Assembly: GCA_963745025.1 (NCBI GenBank)
Contig: CAVUWD010000011.1
Location: 96,001 to 160,000 of the forward strand
Length of the DNA: 64,000 nucleotides
DNA from: an uncultured delta proteobacterium
GTDB lineage: Bacteria; Desulfobacterota; Binatia; JACPRU01
Direction of reading: 5' to 3'
Shown piece after piece: positions 49,072-58,389 of the stretch. The position numbers and the translations under genes are program-made. The notes below the pieces were generated by a model, which saw only the letters and a list, made by a program, of their open reading frames with translations, did no database searches and was not told the origin of the DNA. Each line of letters begins with the position of its first letter. The stretch's first letter is position 1.

Positions 49072-49087
49072 AGCATCGCTCGTACCA
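49072..49087 (-). promoter_or_regulatory. Putative sigma-54 (-24/-12) promoter of the flp/tad operon
   Basis: Minus strand TGGTACGAGCGATGCT = GG-N10-GC, about 75 nt upstream of flp. Confidence 0.6.
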
Positions 49088-49187
49088 ACCTTTGAGGTCA
49101 CGAATCCAAAGGGTTTTCCCAGAATCCCGCTTTGGTTCCCCGTATCGGCTCTGATACCAGTGTATCCTTCCTGCAATCGACTCTGAC

Positions 49188-49583
49188 ATGTCAAGGCAAC
49201 CGCCCTATTACCAGGTGAGAAATCTGCGGACGGAGAACCTGCTCGCGGAGGCCGCTACACGAGCCGCTTCGTTCGTGGCCCGCGGTCGTGGCCTCCTGGG
49301 CGAGCGTTCGCTCCCGAGTGGAGCAGGCCTTTGGCTCGACCCGTGCTCGAGCATTCACATGTTCTTCATGCGCTTCGCGATCGACGTCGTCTTTCTCGAC
49401 CGCTCTCTGCGGGTCACTCGGACGATCGCGGGTCTCTCGCCATGGCGGATCGCCTTCGGCGGCCAGGGAGCGCGCTCCGCGCTCGAGCTGCCGGTTGGCT
49501 CGATTGCCGAATCGGCAACGCGGGTCGGAGACGTTCTCGTGATCGAGCCGGTCGGATCGAGCCGCGCTCCCGGAAAACGATGA
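49188..49583 (+). CDS. DUF192 family protein
   Basis: RGLLG...GLWLDPCSSIHMFFMRFAIDVVFLD...ALELPVG. Confidence 0.9.
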   Translation: MSRQPPYYQVRNLRTENLLAEAATRAASFVARGRGLLGERSLPSGAGLWLDPCSSIHMFFMRFAIDVVFLDRSLRVTRTIAGLSPWRIAFGGQGARSALELPVGSIAESATRVGDVLVIEPVGSSRAPGKR

Positions 49584-51607
49584 CGGCGCACGGTCTCGCG
49601 ATCCTGCTGTCCGCCTTCCTTCTCTTTCAGATCCAGCCGGCGATCGCCAAGGCGATTCTCCCTTGGTTCGGCGGCACGCCGGCCGTGTGGACGACGTGCC
49701 TCGTCTTCTTCCAGAGCTTGCTCGTCGCCGGTTATGCGTACGCGGACGTGCTCGCGACCCGCCTGCGCCCGCGCGCCCAGGTCGTGGTGCATACCCTCGT
49801 CCTCGGCGCGGCGCTACTTCTCGCGCTGCCGATCGCGATCGATCCATCGAGGAAGCCCTCGCCGGTCGAGGATCCGACGGCCCAGATTTTCGCGGTCCTC
49901 GGCGCGACGATCGGCCTCCCCTATTTCGTGCTGTCTTCGACGAGCCCGCTTCTTCAAGCCTGGGCGTCGCGCGGTGCGCCGGGCCGCTCGCCCTACCGGC
50001 TCTACGCGCTCTCGAACATGGGCTCGGTCGTTGGCCTCGCAAGCTATCCGTTCGTCGTCGAGCCGTCGCTCGCGATTCGCGCGCAGCTTCGTTGGTGGTC
50101 GGCGGCGTTCCTCGTGTTCGCTGCGGTGAGCGTCGCGGCGGGAATCCGCACGGTCGGCGTCGCGGACGACGTGCTACGCCGAGTCGAGCCTCGGGAGCCC
50201 GCGCGCTCTACGCCGATCGTCACTCGCTTTCTCTGGTTCGCGCTTCCGGCCTGTGGCTCGATTCTGCTGCTCGCCGTCACGAACCGGATCTGTCGAGAGA
50301 TCGCGGTCGTCCCGTTTCTCTGGGTGATGCCGCTCATGATCTACCTGCTGAGCTTCATCCTCTGCTTCGAGAGCGATCGCTGGTATCGGCGGCGCCTGTT
50401 TCTACCCGCGCTGCTCGTCGCGAGCGTGCCGGTCGCCTTCGGCTATGCGGCGAACAATCTGTCGGTGAAGCTCACCTTCTCGTTTCACGCCCTGCTGTTG
50501 TTCGTCGCCTGTATGGCCTGCCACGGCGAGCTCGCGCGCCTCCGCCCCGAGCCGGCGCGTCTGACTTCGTTCTATCTCGCGTCCGCGTTGGGCGGCGCGG
50601 GCGGCGGAGGGTTCGGCGCGATCCTCGCGCCGCGGCTCTTCGACACGTACTTCGAGCTCCAATGCGGCATCGTCCTTGCCCTGCTTCTGCCGCTCGTCCC
50701 GATCTACCGCGAATCGCCGGCGAGGTTCGCGAAGCGCCGCGGCGCCTGGTTCCTCTGGATTCAAGCCTCCTCGGCCATCATCGGCCTGATGGGGTTCGAC
50801 TTGCGCGCCTACCATGCGCAATCACGCCTGCTGCGGCGCAACTTCTACGGCACCGTTCGCATCATGGACGTGCCCGACGCGCATGGCGGCGGACGGCGCA
50901 TCTTGCAGAACGGCGCGACGACTCACGGCCTCGAGATGCTCGATCCCGACCGGCGCCGAGAGCCGACCTCCTACTACGGCCGCGAAACCGGTGTTGGACG
51001 GCTGTTCGCGGCGCTGCCCGAGGGCCCGCGGCGACTCGGCATCGTCGGGCTCGGCGTAGGCACGCTCGCCGCGTATGCGCGATCGGCGGACGAGCTCTGG
51101 TTCTACGAGATCAATCCGCTGGTTCTCGAGGTCGCGAACCGCGAATTCCACTATCTCGCCGACACCGCCGGCGACGTGCACGTCGAGCTCGGCGACGCAC
51201 GGCTCGTCCTCGGGGCCGAACCTGCGCACGACTTCGATGTCCTCGTCGCGGACGCTTTTTCGAGCGACGCGATCCCGATGCACCTGCTCACGCTCGAAGC
51301 GTTCCGCCTGTACTTCCGGCATCTGAAACCCGACGGCGTGCTCGCGGTGCACATTTCCAACCGCGCACTGGACTTGCGCCCGGTCGTCGCCGCGGCGGCG
51401 CAAAGGCTCGAAAAGAGCCTCGTCTTCTTGAAGAACCGCGCCGATTCTTCGCATGGCGTCTCCGCCGCCCTTTGGGCGCTTCTTTCCTCGAACCGAGCTC
51501 TGGTCGAACGGTTGCGGATCGAATCGCGGGCCGTCGTCGTCGAACCCCCGCCGCATCGCCTGCTTTGGACGGACGACTTCACGAGCCTGTTTCCGATTCT
51601 CAAGTAG
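49580..51607 (+). CDS. Multi-TM protein fused to a spermidine-synthase-like SAM-dependent domain
   Basis: SAFLLFQIQP...LPWFGG; about 12 TMs; PTSYY, VGLGVGTLA, YEINP, GDAR, DAFSSDAIPMHL, WTDDF. Confidence 0.85.
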   Translation: MTAHGLAILLSAFLLFQIQPAIAKAILPWFGGTPAVWTTCLVFFQSLLVAGYAYADVLATRLRPRAQVVVHTLVLGAALLLALPIAIDPSRKPSPVEDPTAQIFAVLGATIGLPYFVLSSTSPLLQAWASRGAPGRSPYRLYALSNMGSVVGLASYPFVVEPSLAIRAQLRWWSAAFLVFAAVSVAAGIRTVGVADDVLRRVEPREPARSTPIVTRFLWFALPACGSILLLAVTNRICREIAVVPFLWVMPLMIYLLSFILCFESDRWYRRRLFLPALLVASVPVAFGYAANNLSVKLTFSFHALLLFVACMACHGELARLRPEPARLTSFYLASALGGAGGGGFGAILAPRLFDTYFELQCGIVLALLLPLVPIYRESPARFAKRRGAWFLWIQASSAIIGLMGFDLRAYHAQSRLLRRNFYGTVRIMDVPDAHGGGRRILQNGATTHGLEMLDPDRRREPTSYYGRETGVGRLFAALPEGPRRLGIVGLGVGTLAAYARSADELWFYEINPLVLEVANREFHYLADTAGDVHVELGDARLVLGAEPAHDFDVLVADAFSSDAIPMHLLTLEAFRLYFRHLKPDGVLAVHISNRALDLRPVVAAAAQRLEKSLVFLKNRADSSHGVSAALWALLSSNRALVERLRIESRAVVVEPPPHRLLWTDDFTSLFPILK

Positions 51608-53085
51608 TCCGCGCGAACAGCACCGCCACGTCGTCCTCATACGCGACGCGCCAACCGGGGCGGTGTCGCAGGAGAGAGGCCAACGCACCCTGACGCGGCC
51701 AGAGCACGATCTCGGGATCACACCGCGCGAAAAATCGCTCCCAGCCGGCAACTCCGAACTGCGTGCGGGAATAGTCGCTGAGGAGCTCGGTTCCGTAGAC
51801 TTGCGTGCGCCCGTCGATCGACACCTGGGTCGCCGGATGACAGGCGGAAGATCAAGAAACCGCCCCAGTCGAAGTCGTTGAAGAGGCGCCGTCCCGCGTA
51901 GCGCTCCGCGATGACGTCGACGGCCGCGACCGGGAACGCGCCGGGCTCGATGTTCTCGCGCCATCCCCGCTCGCGGGGCGCGGCGGCGGCGAGACCCGCC
52001 ACGACGGCGACGGCGGCGACCCAGTGCAGGGCGAGCAATCCGACGCACGGCGGCGCTGTTCGCTCATTGGCCTCCGGCCATACACTGCCGAGAGCAAGTG
52101 CCAGCGTCGGCGCGGCGACGAGGCCGAAGATCGCCATGTTTTTCTGCGTCCAGAGCGCCAGCGCGAGAGAGCCGACGAAGCTCCCGACCTCGAAGGCGGA
52201 CGGACGGCGACGAGCGATGGCGAGCAGGATGATGCCGACGAGCAGAAGCACCGCGAAAAAGACGCCCGGGAGCTCGGCCAAGTCCGGCGAGCGGAACTCC
52301 GTGACGGCCCGAGCTGCGGCGGGTTGGACTGCCATCGTCGGCAGATGCGCGACGAGCCGCCAGCCGTAAGGGTTCAGCAGCACCGCGGCGGATGAGGCGA
52401 CGCTCAGCCATTCGAGCTCGTGGTCCCTCCGTCCCTCGAACGCCTTGGTGGCCGCCGCCAAGGCGAGAAGCGCCGGTCCGAGCCAGAAGAGAATGTGGCA
52501 GTTTGCCCAGAGCGCGACGATCAGGGGCGCGAGGCGTCGGGAACGCGACCCCGGTGGACTGAAAAGACAGCGAAGCAGCAACGCGAGGCACAGAAACGAC
52601 AAGGCCTGCGGACGCACGGACCAGCCTCCCGTGCCGGCAAGGCCGCCGAGCGCCGTCGCGACGACCGCAACGATTCGCCGCGCCCCGGCAGCGCGACACG
52701 AGGAATAAGAGGCCGCCACGATCGCCACGAGGAGCGCCGCCCCGCCCCAGCGCAGAGCGGCAAAGCCGAAGCGGGTCGCGACCAGATGAAACAAAACCTC
52801 TGGGAGCCAGCTGTACGCGATCCAGGGCTGTCCGGTGGCCGTGTACGAAAAGGGATCGGTCCACGGTACGGCTCGGTGCTGCACGATCCACTGTCCCGCG
52901 CTGAGATGCCACCAGAGGTCGTTGTCCTGTAGGCGCGCGCGAAGACCCGAGGCGGCGGGAAGCATGAGCAGAAAGACGAACGCGAGCCGCTCGACGTCGA
53001 GCGCGCGGAAGAGCGAGAAGAGGTCTCCGCGATTGCGCCGCGAATTGCCGCCCTTCGTAGGTGTTCCCCGGTCGATCGTGCCAAT
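51600..53085 (-). pseudogene. GT-C-like polytopic membrane glycosyltransferase, frameshifted near 51840; start uncertain
   Basis: DNDLWWHLSAG...DPFSYT, LWANCH, LNPYGW and FNDFDWGGFLIF lie in one frame; the expected continuation VSIDGRTQVYG...YEDDVAVLF lies in another frame (ORF 51600..51824). Confidence 0.7.
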
Positions 53086-53189
53086 GTCCTACGGTTCGTC
53101 GATCGAAGAGACAAGCGTCTACCGAAACTTGGCGACGCGGCGGGTGTAACACCTCATTCTCGGTGGAATGCTCCGAGAAGACGAAGAGC

Positions 53190-53264
53190 GCGGTCGGTTG
53201 TGATCGGCCCGTACTCGGGTCGATCACAACCGACCGCAACCGCGCGGAGCGCGGAAAACAATAA
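53190..53264 (+). repeat. Double-hairpin element, copy B
   Basis: 22-bp stem (53190-53237, one G-T pair) with loop TACT, then CCGCGC-GGA-GCGCGG and AAAACAATAA. Confidence 0.85.
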
Positions 53265-53348
53265 CCCACCGAATCGGTTTGCGTCCTTTACAGTCGCTCC
53301 CGCTGGTCGCGACTCGTCTCCGATCAACCGAGCTACCGAGACTGCGTG

Positions 53349-53413
53349 CAGCGCTTCGCGCTGTTGCGCTTGGTTTTCATCGATCCGAGTACGGATCGAC
53401 GAAAACCAAGCGC
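53349..53413 (-). repeat. Double-hairpin element, copy C (inverted relative to B)
   Basis: 22-bp stem (53366-53413) with loop TACT on the minus strand, then CAGCGC-GAA-GCGCTG. Confidence 0.8.
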
Positions 53414-53531
53414 GCTTTTCGTAGCGTCGAGCACCCTGCTGAGGGGATCTCGGCGGCCGTCTTTGCGGTAGCCTCGGGGATCGGATACGCTATTCGGTGT
53501 CTGGCTTCCCTCGCGATGGAGGGTTCGAACG

Positions 53532-53771
53532 GTGTCCGAAGTTTCGCACGCTCGTCTGCTGCGTGACGAGTCCGGTCAGGCGATGACGGAGTACATCATC
53601 GTCGTGATCCTCGTGGCTCTGGCCGTGATGTTTTCGATGGGTCGATTCCATTCGGCGCTCGGGCGCAAGTATGGTTGCGCCTCGGCGCACGCGAGCAGGT
53701 TCGACGTCGACGACAAGAACTTCCCCCAGGGCGCGATACAGGAGAAGTGCACCGGCTTCGTCGAGAAGTGA
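53532..53771 (+). CDS. Second Flp pilin with a C-terminal Cys pair
   Basis: RDESGQAMTEYIIVVILVALAV; GGAGGG RBS; YGC...EKC. Confidence 0.88.
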   Translation: MSEVSHARLLRDESGQAMTEYIIVVILVALAVMFSMGRFHSALGRKYGCASAHASRFDVDDKNFPQGAIQEKCTGFVEK

Positions 53772-53824
53772 GGAGCGGGGGCGGAGTAGACTCGGCGCTG
53801 CGGACCACGAGCCGCGGATACCGT

Positions 53825-55171
53825 TCAGGGAGAGGAAGCAGCCAGCTCCTCGAGGAACCTCGTGTGCGTGCTCCCCGCGCGGAAGCTCGGGTGCTCGAGG
53901 ATCTTCAGGTGGAGCGGGATGTTCGTCTTGATGCCTTCGATCGTGCACTCGGCGAGCGCGCCGCGCATGCGCTGCACAGAGTCGGCGCGGTCGCGGCCGT
54001 GTGCCACCACCTTGGCCACCAGCGAGTCGTAGTAGATCGGGATCGTGCAACCTACATGCAGATGCGTGTCGACACGGATCCCGAACCCGCCCGGCGGGAG
54101 GAACGCCGTCACCGTGCCGGGGCTCGGCAGCTGGGTTTCGGGGTCCTCGGCGTTGATGCGGCACTCGACCGCATGCCCGCGCGGCTGCACCGCATCCTGT
54201 GCGATCGACAGCGGCTCGCCGGCAGCTGCGCGAATGCTCTCCTGCACGATGTCGATTCCGGTCGTCATCTCCGTCACGGGATGCTCCACCTGGACGCGGG
54301 TGTTCATCTCGATGAAGTAGAAAGCGCGGTCCGGTGCGAGCAGGAACTCGATCGTGCCGACGTTGTTGTAGCCGACGACTTGCGCGGCCCGCACCGCGAT
54401 GCGGCCCATTTGGGCGCGCAGCGGCGGGTCGAGCGCGGGCGAAGGTGTCTCTTCGAGCAGCTTCTGGTAGCGCCGCTGGATCGAGCAGTCCCGCTCGCCG
54501 AGATGGATCACTTGCTTGTGCTGGTCGGCGACGATCTGAAACTCGATGTGGCGGGCTCGCTCGAGGTACTTCTCGACGTAGACCTGACTGTTGCCGAACG
54601 ACGCTTCTCCCTCGGCCTGCGCCACCTGGAACACGCGGACCAGCTCGGCGTCGCTCTTGGCGATCCGCAGCCCCCGCCCGCCCCCGCCCGCCGCCGCCTT
54701 GAGCAGCACGGGATAGCCGACGTCGCGGGCCACCTTCTTCGCTTCCTCGGCGTCGTTCACCGCTCCGAGCGATCCCGACAGCACGGGAATCTCCGCCCGC
54801 GCCATCATTTTGCGGGCGCGCGGCTTGTCCCCCATCAGCCGGATCGCGCGCACGCGTGGTCCGATGAACGTGATCCCCGAGCTCTGGCAGGCCTCCGCGA
54901 AGTCGCCGTTCTCGGAGAGGAAGCCGTAGCCGGGATGGATCGCATCGGCGCGCAGCGTCAGCGCCGCGCCGATGATCGCGGGGATGTTGAGGTAGCTCTC
55001 CTCCACGCTCGGCGGCCCGATGCAGACGCGCTCGTCCGCCATGCGCACGTGCAGCGCCTCGCGGTCCGCTGTCGAGAACACCGCCACGGTGGGCACGCCG
55101 AGCACGCGCGCGGCGCGGATGATGCGCACGGCGATCTCACCACGGTTGGCGACGAGGATCTTCCTGAACAT
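53825..55171 (-). CDS. accC: Biotin carboxylase
   Basis: MFRKILVANRGEIAVR, IHPGYGFLSEN, KAAAGGGGRG, ERDCSIQRR, EMNTRVQVEHPVTE, RINAEDP, YYDSLVAK. Confidence 0.93.
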   Translation of the reverse strand: MFRKILVANRGEIAVRIIRAARVLGVPTVAVFSTADREALHVRMADERVCIGPPSVEESYLNIPAIIGAALTLRADAIHPGYGFLSENGDFAEACQSSGITFIGPRVRAIRLMGDKPRARKMMARAEIPVLSGSLGAVNDAEEAKKVARDVGYPVLLKAAAGGGGRGLRIAKSDAELVRVFQVAQAEGEASFGNSQVYVEKYLERARHIEFQIVADQHKQVIHLGERDCSIQRRYQKLLEETPSPALDPPLRAQMGRIAVRAAQVVGYNNVGTIEFLLAPDRAFYFIEMNTRVQVEHPVTEMTTGIDIVQESIRAAAGEPLSIAQDAVQPRGHAVECRINAEDPETQLPSPGTVTAFLPPGGFGIRVDTHLHVGCTIPIYYDSLVAKVVAHGRDRADSVQRMRGALAECTIEGIKTNIPLHLKILEHPSFRAGSTHTRFLEELAASSP

Positions 55172-55277
55172 CGGCTTCGGCCGTCCGCTACCCAGCGCGC
55201 CGGCTAGACTAAGCCACACTCCGCGGGCACCCTCAAGCGCCCGCGCTCAGCACCTCTGGAGCGGCGGCCGGGGGCGC

Positions 55278-56606
55278 TCACGAGGCGGAGAGGTATTCGA
55301 GCGCGGCGGCGGCTGCCCGCTCGCCGCTCACCACCGCGCTCTCCAACGTCGCCGGCAGGCCCGTGTCGGTCCAGTCGCCGGCGAGAAAGAGGTTGGCGAT
55401 CCTCGTGCGGGTGCCCGGCCGCAGGCGCTGCTCCGCCGGAGTGGCGGCGTACGTCGCGCTCGCTTCCTTCACGGCGAGCGCATCCGCGAGATCGAAGCCT
55501 CGAGTGTGCGGCAGGTAGCGGTCGACCGCGCCGCGAGCGATGCGCACGAGGTCTTCCACCGGCTCGCCCACCAAGCCGTGTGCGCCACTCGCCACCAACG
55601 TCAGGTACCGGCCGCGATCGGGCTGCATCGGCGGGGTGAACAGCCAGTGGATCGGGCCGTCGAGAAAGCCCGCCATGCGCGGAGCAGGAAAGGCCTCCCT
55701 GAACCAGAGATGGACCGAGACGATCGGCGACGGGCGAAGTTGGTCGAGCGTGGCGAAGCCTTCGGCCGCTCGCAGCGAATCGGGCAGCAGCGGCTCGAGC
55801 GCAGGAGGAGGAACCGCGAGTACGATCGCGTCGGCGTCGACGTCCGGACGTCCCTGCAGGGAGACGCGCACCGCCCGGCCGCCCTCCAGCACGACGCCGC
55901 GCGCGGAGGGGCCGGTCTCGACGGCACCGCCCGCCGCCTCGATCGCACGAGCAGCCGGCTCGGCGCAGAGATCGGACAGACCGACGCGCGGAAAGACGAT
56001 GCGCGAAGCGGCGGCCGGCGCGAAGAACACCCGGCGCAGCACCTCGGCGAACAGATCCGCCGAGGCGCGCTCGGGCAGCTCGTTCAGGACGGCGATCGCC
56101 AGCGGGTTCCAGAAGCAGGTGCACAGGTTCTGGCTCTGGCCGGCCGATGCGAGCGCCTGCGCCACCGTGACCGCGGATCCACCGCGGTAGCCGAGCGCGA
56201 TCCGCAAGCCACCCAGGACGAGCCGCAGACGCTCCCCCGGCGACAACAGCGTGTAACGCATGGCTCCGAGCGTCAGGTGCAGCGGGCTCGGCGCAGCGGC
56301 GCACCGAAAGGTCGCCGGGCCTCGCTCGGGATGCAGAAACGGCACGCAGAGCTGCGGCTGCACCTCGACGCGGTCACGCGCGCCGATGCGCTCGAGGAAG
56401 CCGAGCGTGGCGCGGTAGCAGCCCATGAGCAGATGCTGTCCATTGTCGACGGTGTGCCCCGCCTCGCGAGCGCGGTACGAGTAGGCGCGGCCGCCCAGCA
56501 CGGCGCGCTTCTCGATCAACCGTACCTCTGCGCCGCGCTCGGCAAGCCCGAGCGCGGCACAGAGGCCTGCCCAACCCCCACCCACCACCACGACGCGCTT
56601 CTTCAC
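55278..56606 (-). CDS. hpnE: Hydroxysqualene dehydroxylase
   Basis: VVGGGWAGL, GGRAYS, DNGQHLLMGCY, LAGDWTDTGLPATLESAVVSG; GTG start at 56606. Confidence 0.92.
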   Translation of the reverse strand: MKKRVVVVGGGWAGLCAALGLAERGAEVRLIEKRAVLGGRAYSYRAREAGHTVDNGQHLLMGCYRATLGFLERIGARDRVEVQPQLCVPFLHPERGPATFRCAAAPSPLHLTLGAMRYTLLSPGERLRLVLGGLRIALGYRGGSAVTVAQALASAGQSQNLCTCFWNPLAIAVLNELPERASADLFAEVLRRVFFAPAAASRIVFPRVGLSDLCAEPAARAIEAAGGAVETGPSARGVVLEGGRAVRVSLQGRPDVDADAIVLAVPPPALEPLLPDSLRAAEGFATLDQLRPSPIVSVHLWFREAFPAPRMAGFLDGPIHWLFTPPMQPDRGRYLTLVASGAHGLVGEPVEDLVRIARGAVDRYLPHTRGFDLADALAVKEASATYAATPAEQRLRPGTRTRIANLFLAGDWTDTGLPATLESAVVSGERAAAAALEYLSAS

Positions 56607-57458
56607 GGAGAGAGCGCTCCGATCCACATCGACGCCGCGAGCGCCGCCTTACGACTGCGCGACAGGCCGAGTCGGCGACCGAACACGAAGTAGCGCTCCT
56701 CCACAATGCGATCGAGCACCTCCTCGTAGGTGCGGCGCATGACTTCGGCCGGGCGAAGGCTCGCCGCGTCCTCGGGGGAGCAGCCGCTCGGCCGAACGGT
56801 AGTAGCGCCGCGCCCGATCGCTCTCGAACTCCATGAGCGCGACGAAGCGCCGGTTGTAGACGCCGCGCAAGACGTCCTCGGTGGGCACGCCGAAGCGGGC
56901 TAGGTCCTCCTCGGGCAGATACACGCGATCGCGCTCGGCGTCTTCCGAGAGATCCCGCAGAATGTTCGTCAGCTGAAGCGCGAGGCCCACGTCGACGGCG
57001 TACTCGCGGGCGCGTGGGTTCGTATACCCGAAGATCTCGATCGAGGCGAGGCCGACCGCAGAAGCGACCCTCCGGCAGTAGAGCTCGAGCTCGTCGAAGG
57101 TCGCGTAGCGGCGCTTGACGAGGTCCATCTCGACGCCGTCGATGACCGCCGCGAGCGCGGACTGCGGCACCGGAAACTGCTTGAGCGAAGCCGCCAGCGC
57201 AACCGTGACCGGGTGAAGCGGAGCGCCCTGATAACAGCGCTCGAGCTCGGCTCGCCACTCGCCGATCAGGCGAGGCGCGGCGGCGGGATCCGCCTCGTCC
57301 GCGGCGTCGTCCACGGCGCGGCAGAACGCATACACGGCATAGAGCGCATTGCGCCGCGCAGGCGGTAGCAGCCGCAGCGTGTAATAGAAGCTCGAAGCGC
57401 TTCGCCGGGCGACATCCCCGCAGAAGCGAAAATCGTTGGCGAGGTCGGTGTGGAGCAT
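56603..57458 (-). CDS. hpnD: Presqualene diphosphate synthase, frameshifted at a C5 run (56774-56778)
   Basis: SSFYY...YAFCRAVDDAAD, YCRRVASAVG, LQLTNILRDLSED. The natural C-terminus EDAASLRPAEVMRRTY...SRSRK...ALSP* is in a shifted frame and ends in a GTGA overlap with hpnE. Confidence 0.88.
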
Positions 57459-57460
57459 CG

Positions 57461-58315
57461 CTACGCCCCCACCAACCCGAGCGTCAACAGACGGAGCTTG
57501 TCGCGTGCGGTGAGCCGCGGCCGGCATTCGACCGGCGAGTAGCCACCTTGCTCGAGGCGCTTCAGGATCGTCAGCCCTCCGCTCGCAAACATGCGCACCT
57601 CGCGCCCGACCCGCCGGTTCACGTGCTCGGCCAGCGGCAGGCCGCGCGCAAAGAGCTCGCGCGTGCGCTCGACCTCGAAGCGCACGAGCGAGCGCAACCC
57701 CTTCGGGCTCTGGCCTGCCTCCAGCGTGCCGCGGTTCACGTCGAAGCGCTCGAGGTCCTCCAGAGGCAGATACAGCCGGCCGCGGGCGAGATCCACGCCG
57801 AGGTCCTGCCAGAAGTTCGTGAGCTGAAGCGCCGTACAGATGTCGTCCGAGAGCCGCCAGAGGTTCTCGTCGCGGTAACCGAAGAGCGAGAGCACGAGCC
57901 TCCCGACGGGATTGGCGGAGTTGCAACAATAGTCGAGGAGATCCGCGAACGTCGCAAACGGCCGAAAGGCGGCGTCGTAGCGAAATGCCTGCAACAAATC
58001 GCGAAGCGGCTCGACAGGCAAGTCGCATTCGCGGATCGTCGCACCGAGCGCGACGAACACGGGATGCGTCGAGACCCCGCGCAGACATCCGTCCAATCGC
58101 TCCTCCCAGCAATCCAACCCTGCGAGCTTGTCGCCGGTCGGTAGATCCCCGTCCGCAATGTCATCGGCGAGCCGCGCATAGGCATACACCGCAGCCAGAT
58201 GCCGCCGCTTTGCGCGCGGCAGGAAGAGCGATCCGATGAAGAAGTTCTCGGGATGCGAGCGCGCCAAGCGCACGCAGTAGCGGAACGAGAGCTCGCGATC
58301 GATCGACGTCGCCAA
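57461..58315 (-). CDS. hpnC: Hydroxysqualene synthase
   Basis: HPENF, YAYARLADDIAD, YCCNSANPVGRLVL, SDDICTALQLTNFWQD. Confidence 0.93.
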   Translation of the reverse strand: MATSIDRELSFRYCVRLARSHPENFFIGSLFLPRAKRRHLAAVYAYARLADDIADGDLPTGDKLAGLDCWEERLDGCLRGVSTHPVFVALGATIRECDLPVEPLRDLLQAFRYDAAFRPFATFADLLDYCCNSANPVGRLVLSLFGYRDENLWRLSDDICTALQLTNFWQDLGVDLARGRLYLPLEDLERFDVNRGTLEAGQSPKGLRSLVRFEVERTRELFARGLPLAEHVNRRVGREVRMFASGGLTILKRLEQGGYSPVECRPRLTARDKLRLLTLGLVGA

Positions 58316-58389
58316 GGAGCTATCCCGACACCGACACCGACACCGCCGTCATCACCGCGGCCGTGCCGGCGCCAGGACCGACGACGGCG

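Noticed and set aside
53265-53340. GGACGCAAA and GGTAGC on the minus strand suggesting a c-di-GMP-I riboswitch near pilin genes
   Set aside because: The elements are in the wrong order and the GAAA-tetraloop stem is missing.
53190-53413. Repeated hairpins considered as a CRISPR array or integron attC sites
   Set aside because: No direct repeats with regular spacers and no cas genes; no RYYYAAC/GTTRRRY ends, cassette organisation or integrase.
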